Notes: a model not told the origin generated them from the sequence alone. DNA of 63,872 nucleotides, filler included, from Collodictyon triciliatum (GCA_043381765.1; 9 parts of 9 records of this genome joined end to end with filler, not necessarily neighbours in it); one strand, 5' to 3'. Shown: positions 1 through 14,388, numbered from the whole stretch's first letter. Program-made: numbers and translations.

Positions 1-98
1 AAAAACAAAAACAAAAACAAAAACAAAAACAAAAACAAAAACAAAAACAAAAACAAAAACAAAAACAAAAACAAAAACAAAAACAAAAACAAAAACAA
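1..98 (+). repeat. (AAAAAC)n microsatellite
   Basis: Directly visible perfect 6-mer array. Confidence 0.95.
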
Positions 99-187
99 CA
101 AAAAAGCAAGAAAATTGGTACGCCATGGTCAATACATTTGAATATCTGGTAAATAAAGAAAGAAAAAGAGGTCATTTATGTACGAAC

Positions 188-882
188 TTGACTTTGTACG
201 TCTGCTGTTACTCCATTACGGCCAGCATGGTGACCAGGTGGTCGAACTAAAAAAATTATTGAGAATTCACATTGATACTCTGTTATAAATACTGAAAAAG
301 AAAAAATTAAATAAATAAACTTAAAGTGTCAACTATGGGTCGCACAAATATAAGAATATCAATAGTGACATATTATGATACATCGTCATTTAATAGTTTG
401 GAACCAAAATACTTGGGCAAAATGCATTCAGGCCAATTCCTTTCATCACTTTATCTACGGCGCTACAAACCACAGCCACAGCACAAGAAGCTGACTCCCA
501 CGTACCATGGGTGATTAGTGTATCCTGGGGAAAAGAAACAGTCTCAAAACAAAAATTATTCACAGATTTTTTCAATATTCAAAGAAAATAAATGAAAAAA
601 ATTGGTGCATCAGATATTAAAACACAGAAATGGAAGTTATATCTGGTTCGTATTGTCAAACCGAGTCATTTTGGCTCTCTCCAAAAGGAATTCTCTTTTT
701 TGTTTGCTTTGCTTTCGAGCATACAATATGTACGCGATCAATATATGATTGAAGATGACCAAACCTATATCATACAATATTGATATTGTGAACTATTTAA
801 TTTGCGTAAAGAAGTTTATTTTTTTTGGTCATTATCAAAACACCGAGGAAGAATCAAAATATCATCGTGCGGTATGATTATG

Positions 883-981
<99 letters not shown>

Positions 982-3119
982 CGCCAGAAAGAATTTGATC
1001 CGTTGTAAGTAAGGATCTTCCTCCACGTGATCTTGTATCGTCATGTGCCCTGAATGGAACAGTCTGACCACCTCAACAGCATTCAATGCAGAACTAAGAA
1101 TAAAAAATTGATGAAATATAGAATTTGTCCTACATATGTCTTTCCTTGAGTAATATGAATGAATTTTAAAATTATAGATAATAAATTTGAAAAAAAGGTT
1201 GTTGTTGTTGTTTGTACCTAAAACGGGCAGGTACTTCGAAGCCTTCATTCCCTTGGTGGAGAAGGCATCTTTTGTCATATATAATTAACGTATGTACCAA
1301 ACTGTCAAAGGAATATAGTCTTGGATTTTGTATAATAACATCTTTAAAGATATCAGCCTTGTTCTATTAATTTAAAGAAAAGAATAAGGGTGGTTTATTT
1401 CTTTGATGGGAATACCTCGACAAACTGTAGAGAGGCAAACAAAAATGAATTCAATATGTCTGGAAAGCCTTGATTTAATGCTTATGTGATCTCCAAAGAG
1501 GAACCAAATAAGATAAAAACGGCCCGAAAGAGAAATGGGAAAGAATGCAGAGTCACCTCACGAATAACAAGAGAGGAAAGCAGCTCCTTATATGACATCA
1601 TCATCCTGCGCAAGTCCCTTTCTTCCTCAAGAAGAGCTTTGGATTCTTCATTGTATCGTCTCAATTCTTTAGCCTATAATTTTACACATCCGATGGATTG
1701 GAAAAAAAAAGCTCTCATACCCTTACGTAATTTTGGCAGAGTCTGCCACGATAATATGCACCTTAACGACTTCATAACACTATATATAAATATTAAAAAA
1801 AAGAAAAGAAAAAGAAGGAAGTATATTCTTAACCTCCTCTCGGGCAAGGTCCAGTCTCCTTAAAATGCTTGAAATGTTCTCTTTCAGTATAGATATTTGA
1901 GTTCTGTTTACTTTAGCAGATGATTCACAATTAGCTATGTCTTTCTTAGCCATGATTATTTGGTCGCTTTTAGTTTTCAGATTTTTATCTAATGAGTGAA
2001 CCTTGTAGAAAAAGGAGACATTAAAAAAAATTATTTTTTTTTTATTCATGGATATGGGTAGTAAGTCCACCATAACAGTAAGTATGACATGAATTCTTTT
2101 GCATTAAAGTTTTCAAAAAATAATTTCAAAAATGATTTTTTCGACAATAAATGAGTAATAATATACTGCTTTTTTTAAATATTCCTCGATTTCTTTAATA
2201 ACTAAGAGAGCCGACGTTTCTTTTTGAGCATCTACACATGATATTTTATGAATAATTTTGGTTAATGTCGTAGCAGAAAGTGTGATTGATTTTGAAATAT
2301 GGAGGACTGTTGTAAAATGTGTTTTCAAACCGTTGAGAGATGTGTTTTCTGACAAAAGCAATATCTTTTTCCATAGTGTTTCTCTATAGTGATCAAAAAC
2401 TGCATCAGATGGTGGGAACGCTTGGCGAAAGCGAAGCAGCACGTCATTTACGGTTGGTCTAAGAATTATGACTAAATTGACAATTTCCCTTCGCACCATA
2501 TCAAAATTAAAAACATTTCGGAAAAAAAACCCTTAAAATTCATGAATAGGAGTCCATCTAAACAAAAAAAAATTATGCAAATATTCGAGTTAGCCTACGA
2601 AAGACCAGGCACTAAGATTGACTGATTCTGGGCGGGGTGTTCTACCGAATCCTGATCATCATCTGCAAAATACACCGATTTTGCCGTAGTGCTGTCGTTG
2701 AGAATTTGCCCTAGAAGCAAAGGCGGATGAATGGGACCTCGGTTCGTTGCTACCAAATATACATCAGCGACTGTTGCTCTCCTCCCTGTTGCTTGGTTTG
2801 CATGTTGCTCAATCCAGAAATCAATGTGGAACGGATTCAGACAACAGTCACAAACAACATCAGCACCGGGTATAATTCTTGCACGTTTGTCGCCAAGCGA
2901 TATTGTTGAATTCACCAGAAAGTCTGGAATGGATACGGTCTTGAGTAGTTTGGAGCGAGGCTGGGACTCTACAGTATAGATATTTGGTAGAATGCTCAAA
3001 TCACACCTAACTGTTTGATATGAGAAGGCGTCAAATAGAGGGACTTTGCAGCAGTTTTAGGGGTTTACCCAGGTTTATTGGAGACCGAGACCTTCTGTGA
3101 GTGGCTGGCTGGTTTTCAT
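188..3119 (-). CDS. Histone deacetylase family protein (class II-like) with N-terminal extension and coiled coil; multi-exon, 3' end lost at window/contig start
   Basis: Spliced exons give DTLITHGTWESASCAVAVVCSAVDKVMKGIGLNAFCP-IRPPGHHAGRNG (HDAC RPPGHH motif at ~190-246), preceded by DHVEEDPYLQRI and HLQSYIDRV. Upstream GT-AG exons join in phase, including a coiled-coil stretch (KELRRYNEESKALLEEERDLRR). Confidence 0.8.
877..980 (+). repeat. (ATT)n microsatellite inside an HDAC intron
   Basis: Directly visible; source of spurious poly-I/poly-N ORFs. Confidence 0.95.
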
Positions 3120-3719
3120 CTTGAATGTTTTGGTTAGGTTTGGTAATAAAGTTTAATTCTCAAAACTCAATGAAATAAGGTGGACGAATGTTTTTTTTTT
3201 GTTTTTTTTTTTTTTGTTATTGGTTTTGTTTTTTGTTTTTTTTTTGTTTTTTTGTTTTTATGAAAGAAATGTTATTATATATGGCCACATTAAAAATGAG
3301 ATGGTGTGACCTCCTTCCGACTGTGAGGACAACAAGGGGGTTTGTATCTGAACAAGACGAACCTGTTGATCGACTGACGCCGCGCCTGCCGTCCATTCGT
3401 TCTGTAGTCAGCGCCGTGAGAGGTTGCAGCCCGTGGAGAGAAAAGGAAGAGGGAAACAAGATGCTTGCTGGTTGACCTGCTTGTGCTGCTTCGTCCTTCC
3501 GAAATATGTCCAAAAATCACCACTTAAAGTCCAAAATTACAGCACAGACAGATAATGCACGCGTGACCTGCAATTGCATAGCGATGCTCCATCATATTCG
3601 ATATTGTAGATAATATAAATTTCACAATATATTTTCCGTATATGTAATTTTGGAATTGGAATTTAACTCTTAATTGAAATACACACGCTGCAACCCATTA
3701 TGGACTTTGCGGGGTATAT

Positions 3720-4478
3720 CAAGTTCTTCTGGTTCCAACGTTGTTGCGGAAACCCTGAGTTGCACGAAAGTCCAGGGAGACTCGGCAAGGAAGCCGCCTG
3801 CAAGTCTCTCTGAGTGGACGGTACTTTTGCACGGGGTTGAGCAAGTCGTTTACAACAAGAACAAGGCCCACAGGCTCACAAACGCGCTCGCCTCCTTCTT
3901 GAAAGCGAACAAACCTTGGGAAGAGACCATCCAATTGCGCTTACCGGATAGCGAAGGCCTTTGCCTGATCGCCTCCCGCACTGCAGAAAACGCCCGAAAG
4001 CTTCTGAATCTGAAGCAGGTAAGTTTGAGCGATATTATGAACAGCTTCAGCAGAAGTAAACCAAAAGAGACCTCGGCGATGCTCTACCAACTACCGCTGA
4101 ACGTGTGGCCGCAACTCCTTTGCGAGGAGTTGAAACCGTTCAGACCGACCCACGTGGAAATCAAAAAGGACAAAGGCTTCTTCACAGACACGGCCGTGGT
4201 GAAGCTTCTTTGCCATAAGAACCAGCTCCCTGCAAAGTTTACGGTAATGGGCAAAAAGTGTCCAAAGCGTATCCTCAAAGAGCGCCCGCCAGCTGCAAAC
4301 AACGAACGACAAGTAAAAGCCCCCGCAAAAGAATACACCTGCCAAGCGGACAAGCAGCAACGGGGTTAAGGAAGCCAAGGCCAGACAACAACAGAGTCCA
4401 CAAGACTCACAGCAGATACGCGCATACAGCGACAGCGATGATGACATGGAAGGAAATCTCGGTTCCTCTTCAGACTCT
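3720..4478 (+). mobile_element. Internal fragment of putative LINE ORF1, frameshifted near its 3' end
   Basis: Intronless and GC-richer than flanks; closely similar to 27130-27895 (shared YQLPLNVWPQLL.EELKPFRPTHVEIKK and KCPKRILKERPPAANN). Confidence 0.7.
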
Positions 4479-4879
4479 TTCTCCCAAAACACAAAAACGC
4501 TAACCACACAATCGGGGTTTCTACTGTCTCGTCCATAGCTCATTATTGTCCCAGAGGCGAAGGTGTTTACCTCTATCCAACAGTTTCAGAGTTTTTTTTT
4601 TTTTTTTTAAAAAAAAAGAAGTATATATCTTGATTCCATGAATAATGCGGTGGCAACGTTGGTGGGGCTGCACGTTTTGTAGATTTTTCAACCCTTTTGC
4701 TCCAAGTCTCGTAATATTTTGGATGACAGTTTATGCTTTGAAACGACCTTAAAAAGCACATGTGAAATAATGATAGTAACCTTCCGGACAAATGGTGGAT
4801 TGAGTATCACTATAATAAGAGGGTGTCATTTTTTTTTTTAAAGATGGTACCATTTCTTAGCAAACAAAAATGTATGAAA

Positions 4880-5976
4880 CTATGAGGTTGTCGCAGTGTT
4901 TGGGACCAGCATGACGGGAACTGATGTGGAGCGAAGCACACTCTCAGAGATAGAGCCCAGGAGAGCGCGACGAACACCTTGGCGCCCGTGCGTACCCATC
5001 ACAATTAGATCATGCTTTGGTGCTTCCGTGCTTATGATATCCTTGATGTCCATAGGCTGGCACACGATTTCTACACCCCCAAGAAGCTCAAATTCGCTAG
5101 AAAGAAATGCACATAATAAATCAGTAAATAAAAGCGAATCAATCAATCAACCAACCAATCAATAAATGAATAGAAGTGAATAGGACACAAGATACAAAAA
5201 TAGGTGAAAATGGGAGAAAATATAGAAAAGAACATGAAAAACAAAAAAATCGGAAGAATGACATATAAATTAAGAAAATGAGTGAAAGAAAGTTAAGCGC
5301 ATAAAATAGAAAAAAAATTATATGAAGAGCGTTGTGATAATAAAAAAATTACTAGCAAACCGCAAAATACTTACGCCAAAATAGAACGTCCATATTCCAT
5401 AATGGCTGTATTAGAGGCCTCATCATTGGAGCTTGTGTTTTCTGATGAACTCAGCGAGTAGCGTGATCGAATATCGATGGCGTGTATCATCAAAACAGAT
5501 GCATTAAGAACACGAACCATTGGAGCAGCTTGTCTCATAGCGTGTTTGCTACATCGTAGAAATATAGTACAGTATTAAAAAAAACAATACGAAATTGATT
5601 ATTATTTATTTTTTTTTGGATTTTATAAATTCGTGTTCAAATCATAGCTTTTTTTTTAACTGGAGATCAAGCTTGGTTTCATCGTTGAATAAAGTTAAAG
5701 ATTATTTTTTTTTTTTTTTAAAAAAAAGGATGAAAAATCCATCCAAACCAGAGCCCTGACGTGTCAAACGGAACAAGAATGGACTGAAATGTTGTTGGAG
5801 ATTGTGATATTTCGTCAGTATGGCGAATTCCAATAAGAGGTATTTTGACCATGCGAGCTAGTGATTCACAAACAGACCCCAAAATTGCACGGTCGAGCCC
5901 GGACCTTGAAAGTCAATAAAAAGAAAAAAAACAAGAAAAAGAAATGGTAAAATTTTTTAATAAAAAAACCAGAACA

Positions 5977-6075
<99 letters not shown>

Positions 6076-6863
6076 GTCATATGTGGCGTTTGTGAATATG
6101 CAGCACGGTTATGTGCACACACGTTGCACCATGAGGAAGCTCATTGCATTCTCAACACTTGGTTGTTCAGAGACAGCTGTCCTTTAGAAAGGGGATACAC
6201 TGTCTTCACCTTCCTCGCGTGGCCATGACGACCAACTGGCACTGGCTTGCCGCATTTGCCAACGTCTCCACCACATCCCCTGAGTGCACACAATATCCAA
6301 AGGCACTCAGATTCCGGCGCTTTGTCTTTCTCAGACATCCACGCAAGAGCTCCACAACCTGAAACTCCCGGCGAGTGCGAAGCTCAGGGCTGGCAAGTTC
6401 CTGGATTCGGCTGGTGGTAACATGGATGATATGGAGAGTGGCCGAAAGCTGCCTGGCATAGTGAATTGCGTGCCTGCAGGGTTTGAAGCGAACGAATGCG
6501 ATGAGGAGAGGTCAAGAACAGCAAGCCTCTGCTTCGGTCGCTGGGCAGGGAAAGAGACAGGAATCGGGCAGCGAGGAGACAAGGGCAGCGGACATACAGG
6601 AATGCATTGGAGCTCGGCGCATCGTCGCTGATGGGCACGAGAATGTTTCGGTAGCGGCTTTCGGGGCTTTGCTCTGAGCCGGGGTCGGGGCTTTGGATGT
6701 TGAGCCGCAGATCGGCCTTGGACGAGACCATATCGATCTCTACAACGACGGGCCGATCTTCGGCCGGCAGGCTCGGCGAACACTGAGCATCTTGCATCTC
6801 GACGGCCGGGTTTCCTGGCTGGGGAGAAGCAGGTGCGGGCGCGGGTTGGCCGGGTTGGTCCAT
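4880..6863 (-). CDS. Universal stress protein with two tandem USP domains, multi-exon
   Basis: [11 protein letters not shown]...[18 protein letters not shown]...[10 protein letters not shown]; second domain FQSILVPFD...[37 protein letters not shown] (USP signature). Confidence 0.9.
5978..6074 (+). repeat. (CAA)n microsatellite in a USP intron
   Basis: Directly visible; source of spurious poly-Q/L/C ORFs. Confidence 0.95.
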
Positions 6864-6936
6864 AGGGCTGGGCTGCTGGGGTTCGACTCGAGTGTTATGT
6901 TCTTTCCTTTTCTCTTCCTCTTTGCTTTTTTTTTTT

Positions 6937-7036
6937 NNNNNNNNNNNNNNNNNNNNNNNNNNNNNNNNNNNNNNNNNNNNTTAATTAATTAANNNNNNNN
7001 NNNNNNNNNNNNNNNNNNNNNNNNNNNNNNNNNNNN
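6937..7036. other. Artificial contig linker N44-TTAATTAATTAA-N44 (also 13972-14071, 21007-21106, 28041-28140, 35074-35173, 42108-42207, 53546-53645, 60566-60665)
   Basis: Identical 100-nt spacer with stops in all six frames, present eight times; genes are truncated at these joins. Confidence 0.98.
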
Positions 7037-7125
7037 TTTTGTTTATTTTGTTTTTTTGTTATTTTGTTTTTTTGATTTTTTGATTTTTTGTTTTTTTTGT
7101 TTTTTTGTTTTTTTTTGTTTTTTTT

Positions 7126-7206
<81 letters not shown>

Positions 7207-7916
7207 CTTTTTTTTCTTTTTTTTCGTTTTTTTCGTTTTTTTCGTTTTTTTCGTTTTTTTCGTTTTTTTTTCCTTTCTGAGATTTCATGCCCACGGTTAC
7301 CGAGTGCTGAGGCACACAAAAACAACATAAGTGATTATCTGCACAAACATATGTATCAATGACTTAGGTATTATAGTAGCATCTATCAAATTCTAATAGC
7401 CTTAATTCGAATCCTATATCAAATAAAAGAAAACAAATATAAATTCCATAAATGTAAAGAAACACTGGTGCGCATCGACTCAATCATCCAAATGCAGGTA
7501 TTGTATCACGAAATAGGTTTCACCGAATACTACGGGAACTGACCAATACCTGCAGGCCGCGCCAAAAAATGTAGCAGGAACACCTTCGGTAAATTAAACG
7601 AATATATATATATACGCCCGTGACAAGCGGCTTGAACGATAATTGCTCCTGCCAATCACATCAATCACAACAGAACACGAAGAGATTATTCAGGAATCGT
7701 TCAGAGCCGGACAGCAGTGCCAAACAAACCGAAAGCAACCAATTGACACTTCTACAAGAAACCAGTCACAGCTGTGTCTTTGCCCAAGTGACGACAACCA
7801 ACAAGCCCGACCCACGCCGATCAGCTAGCCATTCTTTTCTTATTTAACCCAATCTTTCCCCTTCTTTTTCCCTCTCTCCCCCCTCCCCGATCCCCCATTT
7901 CCAAGGATCCATTACA

Positions 7917-8715
7917 ATGCCGCTCGTCGCCGTCTCTGTCAACTTCCCACTCTCTGCTGAGCAGAAGTCTGCGGCCATGGCCCACGTAAGAGCCCCCCAA
8001 ACACACGCAACACAAGCCGTCCTCTGCAGCCAGCTCGTCTGAGTGTTCAAAGCCCTCTTTCGCGACACAACCCCGTTCTCATTCCCACTCTCATTCCCAC
8101 TCCCACTCCCGCTCCCCCACCAACCAACAGCACATTGCGCATGCCTCTTGTAAACAGCAGACACGCAAACATCATCTGACATGATGAAGAGTGTAGAATA
8201 GAACAGAAGAAAACAGAACCCAAGCATACCGCCTGCATCCTCACAACCCACAAACAATCCCTCTCCCAGTTCAGCAACGCCGTTGCCACTGCGCTCCACA
8301 AGCCCGAGGAGTACATGATGGTCACTGTGCAGACAGGTCTGCCACAAATCCCTACGCGCACACCACCTGTCTTTTGAGGTCCCTGCCAACCAATACAGGC
8401 GCGTCGCTAACATACCGTACCTCTGCAGTCGACTTGATCTACGGAAAGACCACTGACCCAGCAGCCTTTGTGGACATCCGCTCGATCGGCCACCTGACCG
8501 ACCCCAACGTCAAGGGTATGTCCAATCGCATGCATCAGTTTGTCTCTGCCCTGCACTCCTCACGCAGCCTTGCTCACTTGCCACACATTGCAGCCGCCTC
8601 CAAGGCCGTCACCGACTACCTCGTGTCTCTCGGTGTTGCTGTAGACCGCGTCTTCATCTCCTTCTCCGACTACCCTGGAAACCTGTGGGGCTACAAGGGC
8701 TCCACCTTCTCCTAA
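7917..8715 (+). CDS. MIF: Macrophage migration inhibitory factor / tautomerase, 4 exons, complete
   Basis: MPLVAVSVNFPL...HKPEEYMMVTV...TTDPAAFVDIRSIG...VDRVFISFSDYPGNLWGYKGSTFS*; catalytic Pro1 retained; GT-AG introns. Confidence 0.93.
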
Positions 8716-9141
8716 GCTGCCCAAGGAGCCACGCTTGCCCGCTTGCCCACTTGCCCACTTGTCTGGAAATCGAACCTGTCACAAACGTTGTTTCTCTGGC
8801 CTTATCCTGATCTTCCAGCGCCCCGACAAAGGCCTTGGGCTAGGGTGATTCATCTCAATAAATCGCCGTGTGGGTTGGCTGTTGACCTCTTGATATGCTT
8901 CTGCCACCGACAAAACCGCGCCAGGTCTTCATAAATGGGGAGCCGAGCAGAGTTGATTGCTGCCACACCGAACACAAGCGGCTTTTCAAACTGTGGAGGA
9001 TTCGAACTCAATCTTTTTTATCACCTTCAATCGAGCAGCTGGCGTGGAGAGCGCGTGAGCAAAGTGGATGACGCAGAGTGTCCAGCACTCGCGTTCCTCC
9101 AGGGCAGGGCAACGCCAAGGTCAGTAGGGGGTCTGTCGGTT

Positions 9142-12042
9142 TTATTCAGCTTTTACTTTTGTCATCGCAATGAGGGTCTCGGAAGATCGGTAAATCTCTA
9201 TCAAACGAGCGTAGAACTCGTATTCCATCTCCAAATCCCCCTCGGCTCGAGCGTTGAATATGTCCTGTGGGATTGTGAGTAAGTTCAGTTTATTGTTTCA
9301 CCGAAATAAACTGTCAAAGGTGATGGCTTCATTCTTTTTTTTTTTACATGAAAAATAGTAAAAGATGAACGGGATAAAAATTAGTTGTTTGAGTAGGTAC
9401 ATTGCAAATTTCTCGCAGCTGTGAAATACTCGGCAAGTCTTCAAACATAATTCTTTGCTGCAGGTTCGTGGTTGACATACGCACAAATCTACCGATGGTG
9501 AGAACAACACCAAAGTCTGTATGTAAATGTATATATACATAATTTAGCACAAGGATTGTTGAAAACATGCGGTAGGCATTATTGGTAGAATGGTCTCAGG
9601 ACGCAAAATACTTCATACCATCAGTTGCTGAGTTTAAGGTCGCATCAAAACAAAAAACAAAAAACAAAAAACAAAAAACAAAAAACAAAAAACAAAAAAC
9701 AAAAAACAAAAAACAAAAAACAAAAAACAAAAAAACAAAAAAAAAAAACAAAAAACAAAAAACAAAAAACAAAAAACAAAAAACAAAAAACAAAAAACAA
9801 AAAAACAAAACAAAAGAGCGTACAAGAAAAGTGCCAGAATTTGTCATGCATGAAGTGAATGAGATGAATACGCACAAAGGCCAGTTACTCCCGCAGACGC
9901 TATGAGAGCTGATATTGCTTCTTTCAATGGCTCCGATATAGTCAATATCTCGATGTTTATTTCGCCGGTGTAGATCTAAAATGTAATGAAGAAAAAATAT
10001 AACTTTGTCTATCTTGTGCTGAATGCCGTGCATGCCCATTTTTAAGTTAATAAACAGAAAAAGATGAGATGAGATGAGAAAAAAATATGGAAATAGTAAT
10101 ACGATTAATAAATTTGAGTGGTAAATATACATCTGGTTCCTGTTCGGCTATCCAAATAGTTTGATTGTAGATAGGGTCGACTACTGTCCGTAAAATAAGT
10201 GTTGTTCTTTTCTTCGGCTCGGCATCGCTGCAGTAAAATTTAATTGGTGAATTAGCAATTTTTGATGGGTTCATTCGAACTAGCACCACTTAGTTTTAGA
10301 AAATTACACGACGATAGGCCTATCTATTTGATATCTTAGTGATGGAAAGTCGAATGGCCGACATACTATGGCTTGTCCTCTGACGGAAGACTTATTACCC
10401 GCGGTAAGGCATCGGGTACTATCACGCTAGTGACAGCAAAATAGATTTGTTTTGGTACAACAGAAAAAATTTACTCTGTTTAAAATCATTTAAGCTGCAA
10501 TGACTGCAATAAAAAATTCAATTTAATAAAAACAAAAAATAGGAAGAAAAAAATACATCGCAGGATACGTAGCCCCGATAACGTCGATAAAACTGCGTTT
10601 CTGCAGGTCCGTCAGTTCAACAGAATGCAAGTAGACAGAATATTCCGTTTGAGGGGTTTCAAGCCTAAAGAACACAAGAAAAGGAAAGGAAAGGAAAATT
10701 GAATGAAGCATCTTCATCAACCAGGGTATTCATAGAACCAAAGTAATTGAATTTGACTAGATAATAAGGTTCACTCTCACATATCTTTTGATTAAATTTT
10801 AGAGGTGTATTTAAAATGCCTTTATGATACTCCATATAATAATTTTTACCGATAAAAGAACAACGATATTATCAAATTAACTTTCTCAGTCCCTTTCAAA
10901 AGTTCGAGAAGCTGTGCACGCGCTGCAGAAGGGGAAGTCCACAATGTTTGGCATTCCTATGAGAATAAATCTTTAAGAATATTCCAGAACCAGCTGGAGA
11001 TTACTAAAACCTCCCATGCAAAACAACTTGAAGGAAATAGATTTGATATATTTTTTTAAAAGGCTCATATAGAAGATAAATGAATTCACCTTGACGTATT
11101 TCAATGTTTGAACCTGTTCGTAATTACTCGAGTCCAGTGATTCATACAGTGTATCAAGTCTATCGTAATATTCTTGAGTAGGAGAAGCGACCTTTTATGT
11201 ATAAAAAAAAAGGAGAAAATTTGAGAGTCGGTAATGTTGCCTTAAGAAACATATCTTATTAAACACAAAAGGAGGAATGTCACATCATGGAGGGGATTGA
11301 CAAAAGCCATAAGGAGCGAGCTACTCGATGTTTATCGGGATTTTTTTTTTTTATCATTAAAGATGACAAACGAGTCAAAATATTATCCATGAGTGCGATT
11401 GTAAAAATATTTATTTATTTAAGCAACTTAACACTTCCCGCATCGTTTATATAGAATGGTTGATAGCCAGCGATACCTTTTTACATAATGTCAAATGAAA
11501 TCAACAGTGTATTGCAATATTTACTCTGTTGTATCATCAAAAAAAAATCATACTTATTTTCAAGGATGAGAATTCGATCAAATTTGTCCCCAGTTCGACT
11601 GTGCTAGCTGTGATGATTATCAATGGAGCCCAAACAACCAAGGATAAGATAATAAAAACAAGGACTCCCTAGGTAATATTGATATGAAATATGTGTGACC
11701 ATAGCAAAAACAATATATAAAAGCTATGCCTATTTAATGATTTTGGTTTCGACTGGGGATGAATGGTAATGATGTTTGTGATAAGTCCACCAAATGTTTG
11801 AACAAAAAAATACGGTTGTAAACTTGGTCATGGTAGGTTGTTTGGTCCCTGGTGGAAGACCAATCTTCTCTGCTTGGACAATTTCTATATTGGACAGCAA
11901 CTTAGTCACTCAGCATGGACAACACGATAACAATTAGAAATTAAATTATCCCAAGCGTACCCAGATTCGCATAGTTTTTCACAAGATTTAGCATGGCAGA
12001 ATAGAAGAGCGTATGGAACGAAAGTGATATGATAATCAGAAA

Positions 12043-12091
<49 letters not shown>

Positions 12092-13835
12092 GCATTTTCG
12101 CAAATAAAGATTCCCGTAAATGTCTTCCAACTTGAAGAAATCGTTCAAGCTAAGCGATGTATCGATGCAAATCCAATCTGATTGTTTTCAAATTTTAAAT
12201 GTCATTTTTCGTTTACACGAGTAAAAATTATCAGGTGTGCGTTGGTAACCTTAAACCATATGTCGTATGAAAGGATATAGTTAAGCCCACTTAGCAAGGT
12301 GCGCAACTCGTACACAAATGGAATAGCGCGGTAGGCGGTGACTATTCATTGGTATCAATAAATATATAATATATATGGAAAAAATGCTTCAATAATTAGT
12401 CAAGAAACAAAATCCCTTTTCTGAATATTGTTCAGTAGAATTTGAATTTTACGTACAAATGAGACTCCAGATAGGAGTATATCGTCTCATGAGAAATTGT
12501 CCGCCAGTGTATGGTGGATATCCATGGTAAATCTATGTAGAAATCGGTTTTTTTTCTTGTCAGATGTCTCTGCTCCGCAATGCGACATAGACAACCCTTT
12601 AAAACAATATTTACTGGAAAAGAGAAATATTTTTGATTTGTTTTTCTATATACTTGCATTCCAGAAACCAGGAAATATATACTCTTGATGATGTAGAATA
12701 TCACCAAAGCCGGGTTATCTAATAAAATGACACCATATTTAAATTTGCTCCTAAAAAAATTGCATAATTCAAGATAGAGAATGTACTCTTTCTTTTCGAC
12801 AACAAACCTAAAAATGGAGTATCCGAAAAGTCTGGTATCGCGTAAAAGCATGCGTAGTGAATACTCAGGACAGTAAATATTTGAATAAATAACTTCAATC
12901 TGGATGCATAAGCAGCTTTAAGTTTTCCATACACAAGCACATCAGAGGCTAAACAATCGAAACAAACGGAAGAGTGATTCTGAGTACACTTCAACTAAGT
13001 TAATGCTTAAATTCCGACCTCATTGATCTGTACAAATAGACGATTCTGTCAATCACAATCCATGAGAATTGTGCTATCAAAATGAACACAAACTGACCAG
13101 GAATGGAGTTCTTTTCGATGGCCTATTTATGTAAGAATATATTAGTATTTCCATATATAATTATATTCTAATTGCACTTCACTTTAAATCGAAGAAGGGA
13201 AAAAAAAATTCTAATTACACTCCAACTTCATATTCATAGTCTAAAAAATATATATCTTATGCCTAAGAATAAAGGTAATTGGGCCGTCATATTTAAATCA
13301 AATACACAAAAAGTGGATTTTTTTCAAGTAAAGTTAGAAGGGTAATGAACAGAATAAGGTTCAAGGTTATGTCGAGGTGAACTATATATAAGAAAAGAAA
13401 CCTGAGTTAGACTAAATGTATTGTTGCCAATTATATACGGGTACAAAAGCACCAGATAAAAAAAGCACAATATCTCTAGAATTCCGTATTTAATATTTTA
13501 GATGAAAACTTTCTATCGATATTTGGTAGCGAAAAGGAATAAGTAGAGCAGTCAACTTCCTAAATGCAATAAAAACCTATTGAAAACATTCCAAAATACA
13601 GGTCTTTTCCAGGTCGATCTTCCATTGCAGTAACTTTTTTCCAATACTCCGCCAAACGGTCTCGCAAAGATTTCCTATCAGTGTGTGGTAACAGCATGTT
13701 TATAAAACACAGGGTTTCTATCGGTCAGGCTACATTTTAATGGGTTGGCTAGTTGATGTGCTCTCTAAACGTACTTTCTAGAAGATCTCAACGAAATTCC
13801 ACCCTCACTGATATTATCATCTTGTTGACTAGCAG
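9142..13835 (-). CDS. PIEZO: Piezo mechanosensitive channel, C-terminal portion (5' part lost at contig end)
   Basis: Exons give IVIDRIVYL, QIYHGYP, AYRAIPFVYELRTLLNWICIDTSLSLNDFFKLEDIY (PF..E......W motif), GLYFGVVLTIGRFVR, IMFEDLP and DIFNARAEGDLEMEYEFYARLIEIYRSSETLIAMTK. Confidence 0.93.
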
Positions 13836-14388
13836 CTAAATCTACTTGTAGTTATTATAACCCATCAATCATATGAACTCAATAAGAAAAAGAGAGAGAA
13901 AAAGAGAGAGAAAAAGAGAGAGAAAAAGAGAGAGAAAAAGAGAGAGAAAAAGAGAGAGAAAAAGAGAGAGANNNNNNNNNNNNNNNNNNNNNNNNNNNNN
14001 NNNNNNNNNNNNNNNTTAATTAATTAANNNNNNNNNNNNNNNNNNNNNNNNNNNNNNNNNNNNNNNNNNNNTCTTTCTCTTTCTCTTTCTCTTTCTCTTT
14101 CTCTTTCTCTTTCTCTTTCTCTTTCTCTTTCTCTTTCTCTTTCTCTTTCTCTTTCTCTTTCTCTCTCTCTTTCTCTTTTTCTTTTTCTTTTTCTTTTTCT
14201 TTTTCTTTTTCTTTTTCTTTCTCTTTCTCTTTCTCTTTCTCTTTCTCTCTCTCTTTCTCTTTTTCTTTTTTTCTTTTTCTTTTTCTTTTTCTTTTTCTTT
14301 TTCTTTTTCTTTTTCTTTTCTTTCTGATTAACACATGCTTTTGTTTTATGATGTTTTGATTGTTTTTATTCAAATATTTTTTCTTTAG

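Noticed and set aside
6981-6992. Recurrent TTAATTAATTAA palindrome as a biological motif or CRISPR-like repeat
   Set aside because: Always embedded in exactly 44+44 Ns; it is an assembly linker.
5866-7362. Poly-Q/L/C/K/F ORFs here and similar low-complexity ORFs elsewhere
   Set aside because: Translations of intronic or contig-end microsatellites.
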